Of a stretch of 64,000 nt of DNA, positions 28,524 to 38,925 are shown one piece after another. The position numbers and the translations under genes were made by a program. The notes under the pieces were generated by a model, which ran no database searches, was not told the DNA's origin, and saw only the letters and a list, made by a program, of their open reading frames with translations. The stretch spans positions 1-64,000 of the forward strand of contig JAWBDT010000007.1 of the NCBI GenBank assembly GCA_038821645.1, in the 5' to 3' direction. This DNA is from Ignisphaera sp. (lineage in GTDB: Archaea; Thermoproteota; Thermoprotei_A; Sulfolobales; Ignisphaeraceae). The number at the start of each line of letters is the position of its first letter. The stretch's first letter is position 1.

Positions 28524-31214
28524 TTACTTGTTAATGACTTTTTGTTCTAGATAACTCTTTACAATTTCCTGTAGTTTTGCTATAATCTTTCTCTTGTCCT
28601 CCATTAAAACAACATCACTATAACCATATGCAATCATGTTGTGTGCAAATGGGCTAGGCGCGTAACGACTAAAGGTATATGCTATCTTTATTTCTCCAGA
28701 GTGTATCTTCCTAATAACTTCTTTAGCATGCGTAAGATCCATAAAATCTTCCAGTATTTCTCTATATGTTTCTTCGATTATAGGAAACTTGTGGTACTTT
28801 TCTACAACTTCTATAAGTTTTTCAGCATTTATCTGCCTTCTGGCTAGAGCTACATCAACACCTTTGTATCTTCTGAGAAGCATGAAGGCTCTTTCAGCAC
28901 AATGTCTAAATCTCTTCTTAAAGAGTTCTGTATTCCTGATAGCTTTTCTAGCTATTTCCTCAACTAGATCTTCTGTGACCTCTCTTATGATATCATCGAT
29001 AAGTTCCTTCAACATGCTATCAGCTATAGTTATATTCTTTAGTGTTAGTATAAATCCATTGTCTGTTACAGTTATTCTAACATTTTCCCCAAGTTTCTTG
29101 CTGAGCATGTATGCATAAACTCTCGAAAGAACATCATTAACTCTTCTGCCAAATAGTGCATGAAATATTATATTTATAGACTTCAACTCTAAATCTCTCC
29201 ACACCTCTATAACAATAAGTTCATCAGAGGGAATCTTCCCCATATACTGTAGCTGTTGATAGACATAGTCATAGATATATTCAGCAGCATGTCTCTCTAG
29301 ATCATACTCTTTAACAAGAATCTCGATAACCTTCTCTCTAGGGAGACGTTCTATCAGTATTGCTAGATTTCTCCTAAACCTACCTACCTCAAGTGCTGAA
29401 TCATAAGAAAGCGGTAGCATTTCGGAAAACCATGTTGGTACAGTAGGTTTTTCTCCTTCAGCTGGTGATACATATATATGTGTTGGATGAATTGCTAAAA
29501 CTCTATACGTATTACCTCCTAATACGAATATGTCTCCAGGATTAAGTATCTCTACAAAACCTTCTTCAAGATCTCCAACATATTTCTTTCTATTCTCTTC
29601 ATATGATATTACGGGTATTTTAGCTTCATCAGGTATAACACCAACATTAAGTTGGTATATCATTCTTGCACCTTTTCTTCTACCAACGATTTTCGTTTCT
29701 TCATCAAACCTAATCTTTGAGTATACATTATAGTCCTCTAGACCGGGATATCTACCAGCTAAGTATCTTATAACACTCATGAGCTCTTCTTCAGTTAACC
29801 CTCTATAGGGATACGCTCTTTTAACGATGTCCAGAATTTCTTGAATAGACCTAGGTTTCTCAAGAGACATACCAACTATGTGTTGTACCAATACATCTAG
29901 TGGTTTTAAAGGTATCTTTACATTGTCTATCTTTCTCTCTCTCGCTAATTTAGCTAGTACTGTGCACTCTATAAGATCATCTCTATCAACAACAACTATG
30001 ACACCCCTACTTACAGCATAAGCATTATGTCCCGCTCTTCCAACTCTTTGCAGAAGTCTAGTAACACTTTTTGGACTACTTAAAAGAGTCACTAAATCGA
30101 TATAACCTATGTCTATACCTAGTTCAAGACTTGTAGAAGATACAACAACCTTTAGTTCTCCTCTCTTTAGCTTATCTTCTACCTCAAGTCTTACCTCTCT
30201 ACTGAGGCTACTGTGATGAGCTTCAATGCTATCTACATTAAATACTCCATTGCTACTCAATATCTTCTTAAGTTTATAGACAACTCTCTCCGTAGCGCTA
30301 CGGGTATTCGTGAAGATAAGTGTTGTACGATTACTGAGGACAAGGTTTGTCAAAATATCGTATATAGCTTCATTTAGAACTGAGGCAGGTGTGTATACTA
30401 GATCCATTTTGGGACATAGGACATCTATGTCTATAGGTTTTGCGAATCTAGCATCAACAATAACTACTGGTCTAGGTTCACCATTACTATTGAATCCGGT
30501 TAAGAATCTAGCCACCTCTTCTAAAGGTGATATAGTTGCGCTTAACCCTATTCTCTGAAACTCATTATCTGTAAGATCTACGAGTCGTTCAAGTGATAAC
30601 GCTAAATGTGATCCACGTTTATTACCAGCTAATTCATGTATCTCATCAATTATGACCCATTTAACGTTTCTTAGTTTTTCTCTAAATTTTGGAGCATTAA
30701 GTGTTAGAGCAAGACTTTCGGGTGTAGTAATCAGTATATGTGGTGGTTCTCGAAGCATTTTGGCTTTCTCATTAGGAAGGGTATCACTAGTTCTAACACC
30801 AACTCTTAAGCTAACATCTCTATTGTACCACTTCCTTATGTACTCATTAATATTTGTGATAGGGACTATAAGGTTCTTCTTCATATCATTATTCAAGGCC
30901 CTCAATGGAGATACATAGAGAGCATAGACATGATCTTCGATTTCATCATTAAGTGCATACCTAATTAAATCATCTATTATGGGTATGAATGCTGCTAAAG
31001 TTTTGCCTGTACCCGTAGGACTTGAGATAAGTACATTATGTCCTTGCTTTATGTAGGGTATAGCCATTTTCTGAGGTGGAGTTAAAGATCCGTAATGTTC
31101 CTTAAACCATGTTGCTATAGGTTCAAGCAGAAAACTAAGTACGTATTTATCATCAAATTCTTTGGCATAAACTATATCTTTTCCAGTACTAGATTCTTTA
31201 GACATTATCAACAC
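28524..31214 (-). CDS. lhr: Lhr-family ATP-dependent helicase
   Basis: SPTGTGKT, ITTPESL, IDEIH, GLSAT, HHSSLS, LELGIDIG, QRVGRAGH, C-terminal PSPFA. Confidence 0.93.
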   Translation of the reverse strand: MLIMSKESSTGKDIVYAKEFDDKYVLSFLLEPIATWFKEHYGSLTPPQKMAIPYIKQGHNVLISSPTGTGKTLAAFIPIIDDLIRYALNDEIEDHVYALYVSPLRALNNDMKKNLIVPITNINEYIRKWYNRDVSLRVGVRTSDTLPNEKAKMLREPPHILITTPESLALTLNAPKFREKLRNVKWVIIDEIHELAGNKRGSHLALSLERLVDLTDNEFQRIGLSATISPLEEVARFLTGFNSNGEPRPVVIVDARFAKPIDIDVLCPKMDLVYTPASVLNEAIYDILTNLVLSNRTTLIFTNTRSATERVVYKLKKILSSNGVFNVDSIEAHHSSLSREVRLEVEDKLKRGELKVVVSSTSLELGIDIGYIDLVTLLSSPKSVTRLLQRVGRAGHNAYAVSRGVIVVVDRDDLIECTVLAKLARERKIDNVKIPLKPLDVLVQHIVGMSLEKPRSIQEILDIVKRAYPYRGLTEEELMSVIRYLAGRYPGLEDYNVYSKIRFDEETKIVGRRKGARMIYQLNVGVIPDEAKIPVISYEENRKKYVGDLEEGFVEILNPGDIFVLGGNTYRVLAIHPTHIYVSPAEGEKPTVPTWFSEMLPLSYDSALEVGRFRRNLAILIERLPREKVIEILVKEYDLERHAAEYIYDYVYQQLQYMGKIPSDELIVIEVWRDLELKSINIIFHALFGRRVNDVLSRVYAYMLSKKLGENVRITVTDNGFILTLKNITIADSMLKELIDDIIREVTEDLVEEIARKAIRNTELFKKRFRHCAERAFMLLRRYKGVDVALARRQINAEKLIEVVEKYHKFPIIEETYREILEDFMDLTHAKEVIRKIHSGEIKIAYTFSRYAPSPFAHNMIAYGYSDVVLMEDKRKIIAKLQEIVKSYLEQKVINK

Positions 31215-31303
31215 TGTGTTTCGGCATACTAGCCATATAATCTCTATAAAAATGATTACTTGTAGTTACCTGCTAAAAAATGTACCTCTGATAAAATCGA
31301 AGT

Positions 31304-31588
31304 TCAGAGTGTATGTAGGTGTGAAAGTGCTTTCCTGATATTCTGTGGTAGAGACATATAATCTATTTCTTCTGCTTTTGCTGTATCGTAGGACCATTCT
31401 TTTTCTTCTTCCTCTTTTGTTACATACTTATGTTGAAGAGTCTGTAGAGGTACTACAAATAATTTTCCATCAGATGTCCTACACAACTCTACAATAATTT
31501 TCTTTGAACCTTTCCTAACTATATACACCTTTTCTGTTGTTATGCTAATCATTAGGTAACACCTTTCCACAAAGTTACTTATTCTCAC
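31304..31588 (-). CDS. Small hypothetical protein
   Basis: Host-like ORF; likely start at ATG about 31552 after an AGGTG RBS. Confidence 0.55.
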   Translation of the reverse strand: MRISNFVERCYLMISITTEKVYIVRKGSKKIIVELCRTSDGKLFVVPLQTLQHKYVTKEEEEKEWSYDTAKAEEIDYMSLPQNIRKALSHLHTL

Positions 31589-32303
31589 CTTTTAAGCTAT
31601 TAATAAGATCTTGAGGAATCTCGAAAAAATGTTTAGCGACATCAATTACGTATCTTGTTGATGGTAATGTATGTGGAATTCCTATATCGAGAGCTATCAT
31701 GTTCTTAACCATATTCAGACTAGTTTTATTCTTGATCTCATTTTCAGATATCTTTTTACCTACTTCGTAAGCTATAACAAACCTTGTGAAACGTTTTATA
31801 GTCTCTTCTAAGGGTCTTAACACTACATACGTCTTCTTCAGTAACTCAAAGAATGATGATCTATCTATAAAACCAAAATAATACATAGTGAAGATGTATC
31901 TAAGTAATCTTGCTACAAGCTTATCATCTAAAATTTTGCATATTCCTGGATACTCTTTACAGAGCTGATCATAACTTTCAACATTTTTTACTATATCTAC
32001 TACTTTTTCGAGCATAACCTCTATAGAGAAGATGTTTTCGATAGCTTCTTTAGCAAGCTCTTCATTTATTGCTAAACCAAACTTCCCAATTATATATAGA
32101 GACGCCATATCTTTATCATATAAATCTGGAGAAGTACTAGAACCTCTTATAGGTTCGATGCCCATCTCTTCATAGCTTTTCTTTAATATTTCTACAGCTT
32201 GTTCTCTAGTTGATATATTCTCCTTAACTATTCTACTCCACGCATTAACTATAACAGCTACTCTTTTCCTCTTAATATTCATTATACCACCTAGCACATA
32301 CAT
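31575..32303 (-). CDS. Crenarchaeal conserved protein (DUF2192-like)
   Basis: Y...GIEPIRG...PDLYDKDMASLYIIGKFGL pattern. Confidence 0.7.
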   Translation of the reverse strand: MYVLGGIMNIKRKRVAVIVNAWSRIVKENISTREQAVEILKKSYEEMGIEPIRGSSTSPDLYDKDMASLYIIGKFGLAINEELAKEAIENIFSIEVMLEKVVDIVKNVESYDQLCKEYPGICKILDDKLVARLLRYIFTMYYFGFIDRSSFFELLKKTYVVLRPLEETIKRFTRFVIAYEVGKKISENEIKNKTSLNMVKNMIALDIGIPHTLPSTRYVIDVAKHFFEIPQDLINSLKGENK

Positions 32304-32381
32304 GCACTCTCTATTTAAGTCGATTAAGATTAGGTATATAAACAGATATAAAGATTATTGACTATGAATTGAGGTTATAGA

Positions 32382-33962
32382 ATGAATCTAAATGTAGATA
32401 TAGTGATTACTACAGATAGATCTATGATGACGAATCACCATAGAAAAGAGTTCCTAGGATTCATAGCTACAGCACCTCCTATTGTCTTTCCTGAATCATT
32501 ATGGATGTATATATGTTGTCCAAAGCCAAAAGTGGATAGATATGGACGACCCATAGAAGCACCTTATGGATTAAGAAAGATAGAAGCAGCACTTCAAGAT
32601 GCTGGATTTAATGCATATATAATAGATCCTGATTATCTGAATAAATATGTAGACCAAGCCAAGATACTGATGATAGGCCATCATGATTATTTTGCTTATG
32701 GTCCTCCAAGTTCTGAATGGTGGCTTATAACAAAGAAAGAACCAATCAATAGAAGAAGCTTCTTCAAGTTAATGGAGAATGAAGCAGTTAGAGTTATGAA
32801 GAAGAAAGGTGTGAAAATTGTTGTAGGTGGTCCTGCGGCATGGCAATGGTTATGGGAACCTGAGCTCGTGGAGAAGTGGGGTATTGATGTTATTGTTGAA
32901 GGTGAGGCCGATAAATTGATTGTCGATATAGCTAAGAAAATTATGGATGGTGAACCAGTGCCTAGGTATATATCTATAGGGGCAAAAGAATCTCCAAGTA
33001 TTGATGAAATACCTCTGATAAAGGCTCCAAGTGTTAACGGTCTTGTAGAGATAACAAGAGGTTGTCCGAGAGGATGCAAATTCTGTAGTGTGACACTTAG
33101 ACCTTTGAGACACATACCTATAGAGAGAATATTGAAGGAAATAGAGGTTAATATTTCTCATGGAATAGATCATACAATTCTCCATAGTGAAGATGTTGTA
33201 CTCTACGGAGCACTAGGAATAGAACCTAATCCTGATGCATTAATAAAACTCCATGAAGAAGTTGTGAAAAAAACTAAGACGTTAGCGTGGGCTCACGCCT
33301 CTTTAGCAGCTATAGCTGTTGCTCAAAGGAAACACAAGCTAATAACTAGAGTTACAGAAACAATTTACTCTAACCTCAATCAAAATTACTTAGGTGTTGA
33401 AGTAGGGATAGAGACAGGATCGCCAAGACTTGCACAAATAATTATGCCCGCAAAAGCTATGCCATTTAAACCAACTGACTGGCCCAACGTAGTTGAAGAA
33501 GCGTTTTCGATCATGCATGACCATAACATAATACCTGCAGCAACGTTTATTCTAGGATTTCCTGGAGAAGAACCTGAAGATGTTGTTAAAACAATAGAGT
33601 TGTTAGAAAGACTAAAGAACTATAGAAGCGTTATCGTTCCCATGATATTTGTACCCATGGGTGCTCTAAAGAGTTCTGAAGGCGGTATCACCGGTCTTAA
33701 TTTTACTCATGAGCATGCTGAAGCGATGAAGATAGCATTTTGGCATACTGTTAGATGGGCTGAGGATATAATCAATAGATACTATCTATCGAAAGCATAC
33801 CTTATGCCTGTGAGAGCATTATTGAAGTTGTTTTTGATATATGCTAAAAAGAAAATGAAGGAATTAGAGAAAGGATTTATATCTCGTTTAGAGAGTATAA
33901 ATATTTCACTATCTCGTTCCTCAGATAGTTCAGTAGCTCTTGAAATGGTATGCAGAAACTAG
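32382..33962 (+). CDS. B12-binding-domain radical SAM protein
   Basis: APYGLRKIEAAL, VVGGP, EGEAD, EITRGCPRGCKFC, GIETGS. Confidence 0.88.
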   Translation: MNLNVDIVITTDRSMMTNHHRKEFLGFIATAPPIVFPESLWMYICCPKPKVDRYGRPIEAPYGLRKIEAALQDAGFNAYIIDPDYLNKYVDQAKILMIGHHDYFAYGPPSSEWWLITKKEPINRRSFFKLMENEAVRVMKKKGVKIVVGGPAAWQWLWEPELVEKWGIDVIVEGEADKLIVDIAKKIMDGEPVPRYISIGAKESPSIDEIPLIKAPSVNGLVEITRGCPRGCKFCSVTLRPLRHIPIERILKEIEVNISHGIDHTILHSEDVVLYGALGIEPNPDALIKLHEEVVKKTKTLAWAHASLAAIAVAQRKHKLITRVTETIYSNLNQNYLGVEVGIETGSPRLAQIIMPAKAMPFKPTDWPNVVEEAFSIMHDHNIIPAATFILGFPGEEPEDVVKTIELLERLKNYRSVIVPMIFVPMGALKSSEGGITGLNFTHEHAEAMKIAFWHTVRWAEDIINRYYLSKAYLMPVRALLKLFLIYAKKKMKELEKGFISRLESINISLSRSSDSSVALEMVCRN

Positions 33963-33983
33963 AAGAATGTTCAGCTGAAGTGT

Positions 33984-34004
33984 TTTACAGTTAATAACTG
34001 TAAA
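33984..34004. promoter_or_regulatory. Perfect palindrome upstream of the cdvB-like gene
   Basis: TTTACAGTTA-a-TAACTGTAAA, about 20 bp before the start codon. Confidence 0.55.
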
Positions 34005-34023
34005 CAAGCTATATTTATTCTTA

Positions 34024-34533
34024 GTGATGCTAGTGGTATCAACGATAAAGTCTAAGGTGTTACTTAGTATAGCCATACTCAGAGAGCTAAACAATAAAGT
34101 CAACTACTATAAGTCTGTTGTCAATAAAAATATTGCTCAGTACAACGAATATATAGCTAAAACATCCAAGATACTTCCTGAGAAAACAAGAAATGTAGAA
34201 AGAGAGATAGAGTCTCTCAAGATACTGCATAAACACCTAGATTGTGTCTCCATATTTTTAGAGAGCATTATACTAAGACTTGAGACACTCACAATATCAG
34301 GTAATGCTGTTGCAGCAGCAGTAGCACTAAAAGACGTAATCAAGATACTCAAAAAGAATATGAAATATGGTCCACCGATACTTTCAGTTCTTGTAGATAG
34401 ATTGAATGATATCTCGAAAAGCATTATTCTAGAAATAGAAAATAGTATAGAAATGAAAGGAATGTCAGTAAAAGTGTCTTCAGAAGCTCTAAAGATAATT
34501 GAGGAAGCGAAAAAAATCTCCGGAATAGAATAG
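34024..34533 (+). CDS. ESCRT-III/Snf7-family protein (CdvB paralog)
   Basis: Helical coiled coil with LESIILRLETL and C-terminal EALKIIEEAK, typical of crenarchaeal CdvB paralogs. Confidence 0.65.
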   Translation: MMLVVSTIKSKVLLSIAILRELNNKVNYYKSVVNKNIAQYNEYIAKTSKILPEKTRNVEREIESLKILHKHLDCVSIFLESIILRLETLTISGNAVAAAVALKDVIKILKKNMKYGPPILSVLVDRLNDISKSIILEIENSIEMKGMSVKVSSEALKIIEEAKKISGIE

Positions 34534-34535
34534 CT

Positions 34536-35033
34536 TTATTTATCGCTCACACCTTTTATGTAGAGAAACAGTCTAGCAGTTCTCATAGGCAACGATACCT
34601 CAACAATTTGCACAGGTTTCCATCCAGGTATCTCGAAATCTAATGTGACAACCCTGGTACCAGGAACAAGTTCACTTTCCAGCTTAGGCTTAAGAGCCTT
34701 GTTAACAGATGTAAGTAAGTACATATAGACAACGGTAGCATCTGACAAAGAAACTTTAAAGAAATCATTATTAATAAACTCTATTCTATCTATAACATTC
34801 TCTAGCTTTGCATTGCCCTTGGCCTTCTCTATAAGTGTTGGATTCAACTCTATACATATTCCTTTCTTGGCTCCTTCCTTCAAAGCCCTTATAACAACTC
34901 TACCATCACCACATCCAAGATCATAGAATACATCATCATTTTTCACATTAGCTAACCTCATTATTATATCTAAAAGTTCTTCTCGTGTTGGAACCCAAGG
35001 CACTCTTATAGTTCCATACGATTCCCATGACAA
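34536..35033 (-). CDS. Archaeal protein-lysine methyltransferase (aKMT-like, class I SAM)
   Basis: VPWVPT, YDLGCGDGR, ATVVYMYLL, GTRVVTLDFEIPGW. Confidence 0.82.
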   Translation of the reverse strand: MSWESYGTIRVPWVPTREELLDIIMRLANVKNDDVFYDLGCGDGRVVIRALKEGAKKGICIELNPTLIEKAKGNAKLENVIDRIEFINNDFFKVSLSDATVVYMYLLTSVNKALKPKLESELVPGTRVVTLDFEIPGWKPVQIVEVSLPMRTARLFLYIKGVSDK

Positions 35034-35198
35034 CTCTTAACACCACTTAATGTTCAATCAGCAGCATCCTCACTAATTTAAATCTTGTTCTACTTAAAAG
35101 TTTAACGATAAAGGTATGTGTAGAAGTGTCACTAAATATGGTAATTATTAAAAAGTTTGATGTAGTATTTCGTTAATTTTTGTATTTAGTGAAACTTG

Positions 35199-35891
35199 TC
35201 ATAAGGAATAACTTAACACATATACTGTCTTAGGTTTTATTGTACTTCTATCTATAGATATAGAACTAGATTCAATTCTATTTATAATCCAATCCTTTGG
35301 AGCTTGCTTTAGAAAATCATCCACAGGTTTTAGTGGAAGTTCTAAACCTTGTATCCAGTAATGCATAGGAATAACGATATTCGGATCCAGAACCTCTATC
35401 ACTTTCCAGGCCTCTTTACCATCTATAGTGAAAACCCCTCCAACAGGTACCATAATTATATCAATAGGCTTGAGTTTAGAGGCTATATCTCCATTAAAAG
35501 TATGACCTAGGTCACCTAAATGAAGAATAGATATATCATCTACTACAACTTTATACAGAACGTTTCTTCCTCTTCTCTTCCCTTTATCTTTATCGTGATA
35601 CGTCTCTATACCCATTATCTTAATATTGTCAACAATTTTTTCACCAACACTCATAGAGAATACTTTAGCACCAGGTTTTGCAACAACAGCATAAGCGTTA
35701 TGATCAAAATGCTCATGTGTTATAAGAACTATATCGGCTAAAACCTGTGGAGTCTTTAGACCGAGGCTTTTTCCATCATGAGGATCTATAACTATAACCA
35801 CTCCATTAGATGCTACAATCTCAAAACATGCATGTCCATGCCACCTTACAGTAATCATTATATACACCCATTTTTTAACTATATAAAGCAA
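35199..35891 (-). CDS. Metallo-beta-lactamase fold hydrolase
   Basis: WHGHACF, IDPH, THEHFDH, HLGDLGH, PVGG, IPMHY; likely start about 35858. Confidence 0.88.
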   Translation of the reverse strand: MLYIVKKWVYIMITVRWHGHACFEIVASNGVVIVIDPHDGKSLGLKTPQVLADIVLITHEHFDHNAYAVVAKPGAKVFSMSVGEKIVDNIKIMGIETYHDKDKGKRRGRNVLYKVVVDDISILHLGDLGHTFNGDIASKLKPIDIIMVPVGGVFTIDGKEAWKVIEVLDPNIVIPMHYWIQGLELPLKPVDDFLKQAPKDWIINRIESSSISIDRSTIKPKTVYVLSYSL

Positions 35892-35990
35892 CTAACAATA
35901 TTAAAACTTTTTATATTTTTAGAGTATAGCTTTGCTAGAGTTTAGTTAATATCGGTTTTAGAGTCAAACCAGTAAAATGTTGATTGAAGG

Positions 35991-36335
35991 GTGAGATCCA
36001 TGTATTTTGATCAAGATGTAGGAGGATCCCAGGAAAATACTAAAATTGATAAAAGATTTAATGTTAGACAGGCTATATATGATAATGAAGCTAAGATTAG
36101 ACAAGCACTAATGATATTAACGAGAATAATGAATGATCCATCAATTCCTAGAAATATTAGAAGAGCAGCTATGTTTGCTATAAGAGCTTTAAATGAAAAA
36201 CAACTTTCACCTGGTGTACGTGCAGCTAATGCTGTTGGTATACTTGATGAAGTGGGTCAAGATCCCAATATGCCTTTGCATGCAAGAACGTTGTTATGGT
36301 CTGCTATCTCAATTCTTGAAACTGTTAAAGATTAA
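35991..36335 (+). CDS. UPF0147 family protein
   Basis: [11 protein letters not shown]...[24 protein letters not shown]. Confidence 0.9.
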   Translation: MRSMYFDQDVGGSQENTKIDKRFNVRQAIYDNEAKIRQALMILTRIMNDPSIPRNIRRAAMFAIRALNEKQLSPGVRAANAVGILDEVGQDPNMPLHARTLLWSAISILETVKD

Positions 36336-36337
36336 GT

Positions 36338-37777
36338 GTGGAAGCAATGACATATACATACAGAGTTAGGGGGCCTTATTCAACAGCTATTGCTAAAATA
36401 ATTATAGACTCAGGTCATAAACTTGTTGATCTTTCTGAACAACTAGCTCAAAGATTTTCTCTACCGCCGAGAAGAGAAGAAGTACCACATGCAACTGTTA
36501 AGACTAGCAATGATGATCCAAGTACCATAGTTATAGTCGGTTTAAGTAAGGCTGTAGAAGAGTTATTCAACATTATAATATCTACTGTTCCATACATAGG
36601 TAGCGAAATAAATAGATATGGACCTTATACAACAGTTGTAGCACAAGTAAAAGGTTTTAAGGATAATCAATGTATTGCTACGTTTAATGATATGATGCTT
36701 ATGGTTCAAAACTATAGACATTGTGTAGAAGGCGAACCAGTGGTTGTGCATATTGTGAAACCTGCAGTATCATCGAATAGAACTGCTATAGCTTTTCCAG
36801 GAGTCTCTATATTAAAAGATACTTTAGTATTACTTGATGATGGTATGAGTAAGGTTTTCTTTAGTGAACATATAAGAGATCCAGAAAGAAGGTCTACACT
36901 TTTAACTTTATCGAATCATATACTCAGGATGGGTTACAGCATAAGATGGAGAAGTTCAGCTAAATCAGCAGAACTTGAGAAAATTGCCAAAGATTTAGAA
37001 GAAGCTTTACAAACATTACAAAATCTGGATGTCAAGAAGTATAGTGTTGGTGATGTTGTTATTGAAGGTGAGGCTATAGCATTCATTAGGTTATCAAGAC
37101 CTTCGAAAGAGTATTTAGACACTATAAGAGATAGAGTAGTATCGACAGCCTTAGGTCATCATATAGCAAGATCCTGTAGGAATAACGGTTTTGTTGATAT
37201 AATTGACAGAATGTCTAATTATCTTGATAAAGAGTCTCTATATAGAGCATTTAGGTACGCCATAGCTGACAATACTCTTGGGAAAATATTCAAGATTATC
37301 CATAGAAAGTTTACCGGAGAAAAAATAGAATTAAACGGTCTAGAGATAATAAACGTAGTAGATACACAATTAGGTAAAGTCGTCATAGGTAGAAGATTCA
37401 TTAAGACTGCAGGGATTTATGATGGACTAGATGTACCTAAAGAGCGTGGCGATGTAGCAATAACATTGATACCCATAGATGAATGGTTTATAGTACATAG
37501 ATATATAGGTATTAATGGAAACGAGAAAGGGATCTATATAAATATTAATACACCTCCAGAAATATGTATAGAGAATAGGACAATAAGCTACATAGATCTT
37601 CATGTGGATATAGTATATAGAGATGGTAAACTGAATATAATTGATTACAATGAATTTGAGAACACATTAAGAAAAGGAATTGTTAGTAAAGATTTTGAAG
37701 AGAAAGTAAATGAAGTTATAAAATATGTAGAAAATAGTATGGAAGTAATAATAGGTGTAGCTAAAAAAGTAGTCTAA
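36338..37777 (+). CDS. fau-1: FAU-1 RNA-binding protein/ribonuclease (DUF402)
   Basis: RVRGPYSTA, WRSSA, GHH, G.YDGLDVPKE.GD, YININTP.E, YIDLHVD. Confidence 0.85.
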   Translation: MEAMTYTYRVRGPYSTAIAKIIIDSGHKLVDLSEQLAQRFSLPPRREEVPHATVKTSNDDPSTIVIVGLSKAVEELFNIIISTVPYIGSEINRYGPYTTVVAQVKGFKDNQCIATFNDMMLMVQNYRHCVEGEPVVVHIVKPAVSSNRTAIAFPGVSILKDTLVLLDDGMSKVFFSEHIRDPERRSTLLTLSNHILRMGYSIRWRSSAKSAELEKIAKDLEEALQTLQNLDVKKYSVGDVVIEGEAIAFIRLSRPSKEYLDTIRDRVVSTALGHHIARSCRNNGFVDIIDRMSNYLDKESLYRAFRYAIADNTLGKIFKIIHRKFTGEKIELNGLEIINVVDTQLGKVVIGRRFIKTAGIYDGLDVPKERGDVAITLIPIDEWFIVHRYIGINGNEKGIYININTPPEICIENRTISYIDLHVDIVYRDGKLNIIDYNEFENTLRKGIVSKDFEEKVNEVIKYVENSMEVIIGVAKKVV

Positions 37778-37781
37778 TTTC

Positions 37782-38759
37782 TTATTGAATTTCCTTTTGA
37801 CTAGATCCCATTTCTCTTAACAATCTAAGTGTAACTATTTCAGCTATTTCAGCAGCCTCATATACTGCTACCATAGCTTCATGCGATACAGCCAAAACAC
37901 CTGTGACATCTATACATTCTGAAGCTGAGGATAAGATCTCGTTTGATAGTTCTTCACGCTGTATCAATACTTTCATAGCTTGCTGCATATTATGCATTAT
38001 TAGAGAATTTATAGCCTTAGAAACATAGGACGATACCTTTGCAAATATATCCTTGAAGTTCTGACGACATTTCTCGTATTTAACTATATTCAGCCCTGTT
38101 TTAAGAAATGTGTTTGAAACACGATCAAGAGTATCACCTATATGTTCTAGACTTTTTATGATTATAGCATATTCAAGTGCTGTAACTGGATCTCTAAATG
38201 ATGTTCTCTTTATCGTTCTCATGCCTAGGAAATGGAATCTATCAAGATCATCATCTACTTTTATTATCTCTTTAAGTTTCTCAATATTGCCTGACTCAAA
38301 ATAGTCTATAAGCATGTCAAACATAGTGCTTATAGTGGTTCTCATAGAGATTAAGATATCGTTTAAATCGGTATTGAGTTCATCAACAGAAACTTTGATT
38401 CTAAATATATCGCCATTCATAGCTATAGAGCCTGGCAACCTCATAGCTATTCTATAGAAGACTTCTCTAGCGATACTCCTAGGAACATCTATTGATATAA
38501 TATCGTATCCCTCTATATAGCTAGCAACAATAAGTCTTTCAAGTTGGTTCATATCATCATGTTTTAAAGTAATCATGTTAGCTATTCTAGGTTGAGTAAT
38601 TGTCAAAGGTCTAACTAGAAGATAGCCTGGACCCATAGTTACTTCTACTGAAGAACCTATATCGACGTTGAGAAAGTTTAGCCATTCTTTTGGTATCGTT
38701 ATACCTACACTTCTTTCCCCAATTCTAATAATCTTTCTCACATTTATCGACTGTTCCAT
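37782..38759 (-). CDS. phoU: AbrB-PhoU phosphate uptake regulator family protein
   Basis: RKIIRIGERSVGITIPKEW AbrB domain; IVASYIEGYD; DDDLDR; LEHIGD. Confidence 0.82.
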   Translation of the reverse strand: MEQSINVRKIIRIGERSVGITIPKEWLNFLNVDIGSSVEVTMGPGYLLVRPLTITQPRIANMITLKHDDMNQLERLIVASYIEGYDIISIDVPRSIAREVFYRIAMRLPGSIAMNGDIFRIKVSVDELNTDLNDILISMRTTISTMFDMLIDYFESGNIEKLKEIIKVDDDLDRFHFLGMRTIKRTSFRDPVTALEYAIIIKSLEHIGDTLDRVSNTFLKTGLNIVKYEKCRQNFKDIFAKVSSYVSKAINSLIMHNMQQAMKVLIQREELSNEILSSASECIDVTGVLAVSHEAMVAVYEAAEIAEIVTLRLLREMGSSQKEIQ

Positions 38760-38925
38760 GGTATCACTCTAGTTGAAGTTAGGTGATATAGATTACACTC
38801 AGACATAGCGAGTTATATGAGTGTGACTCCCAGTATTTATTTCTAAATGGTTCCTTCAACAAATCATGACATTTATTTAGCAAAGAAAGAGTCTAATCTT
38901 TATATACGAAATACATATCTTTATT

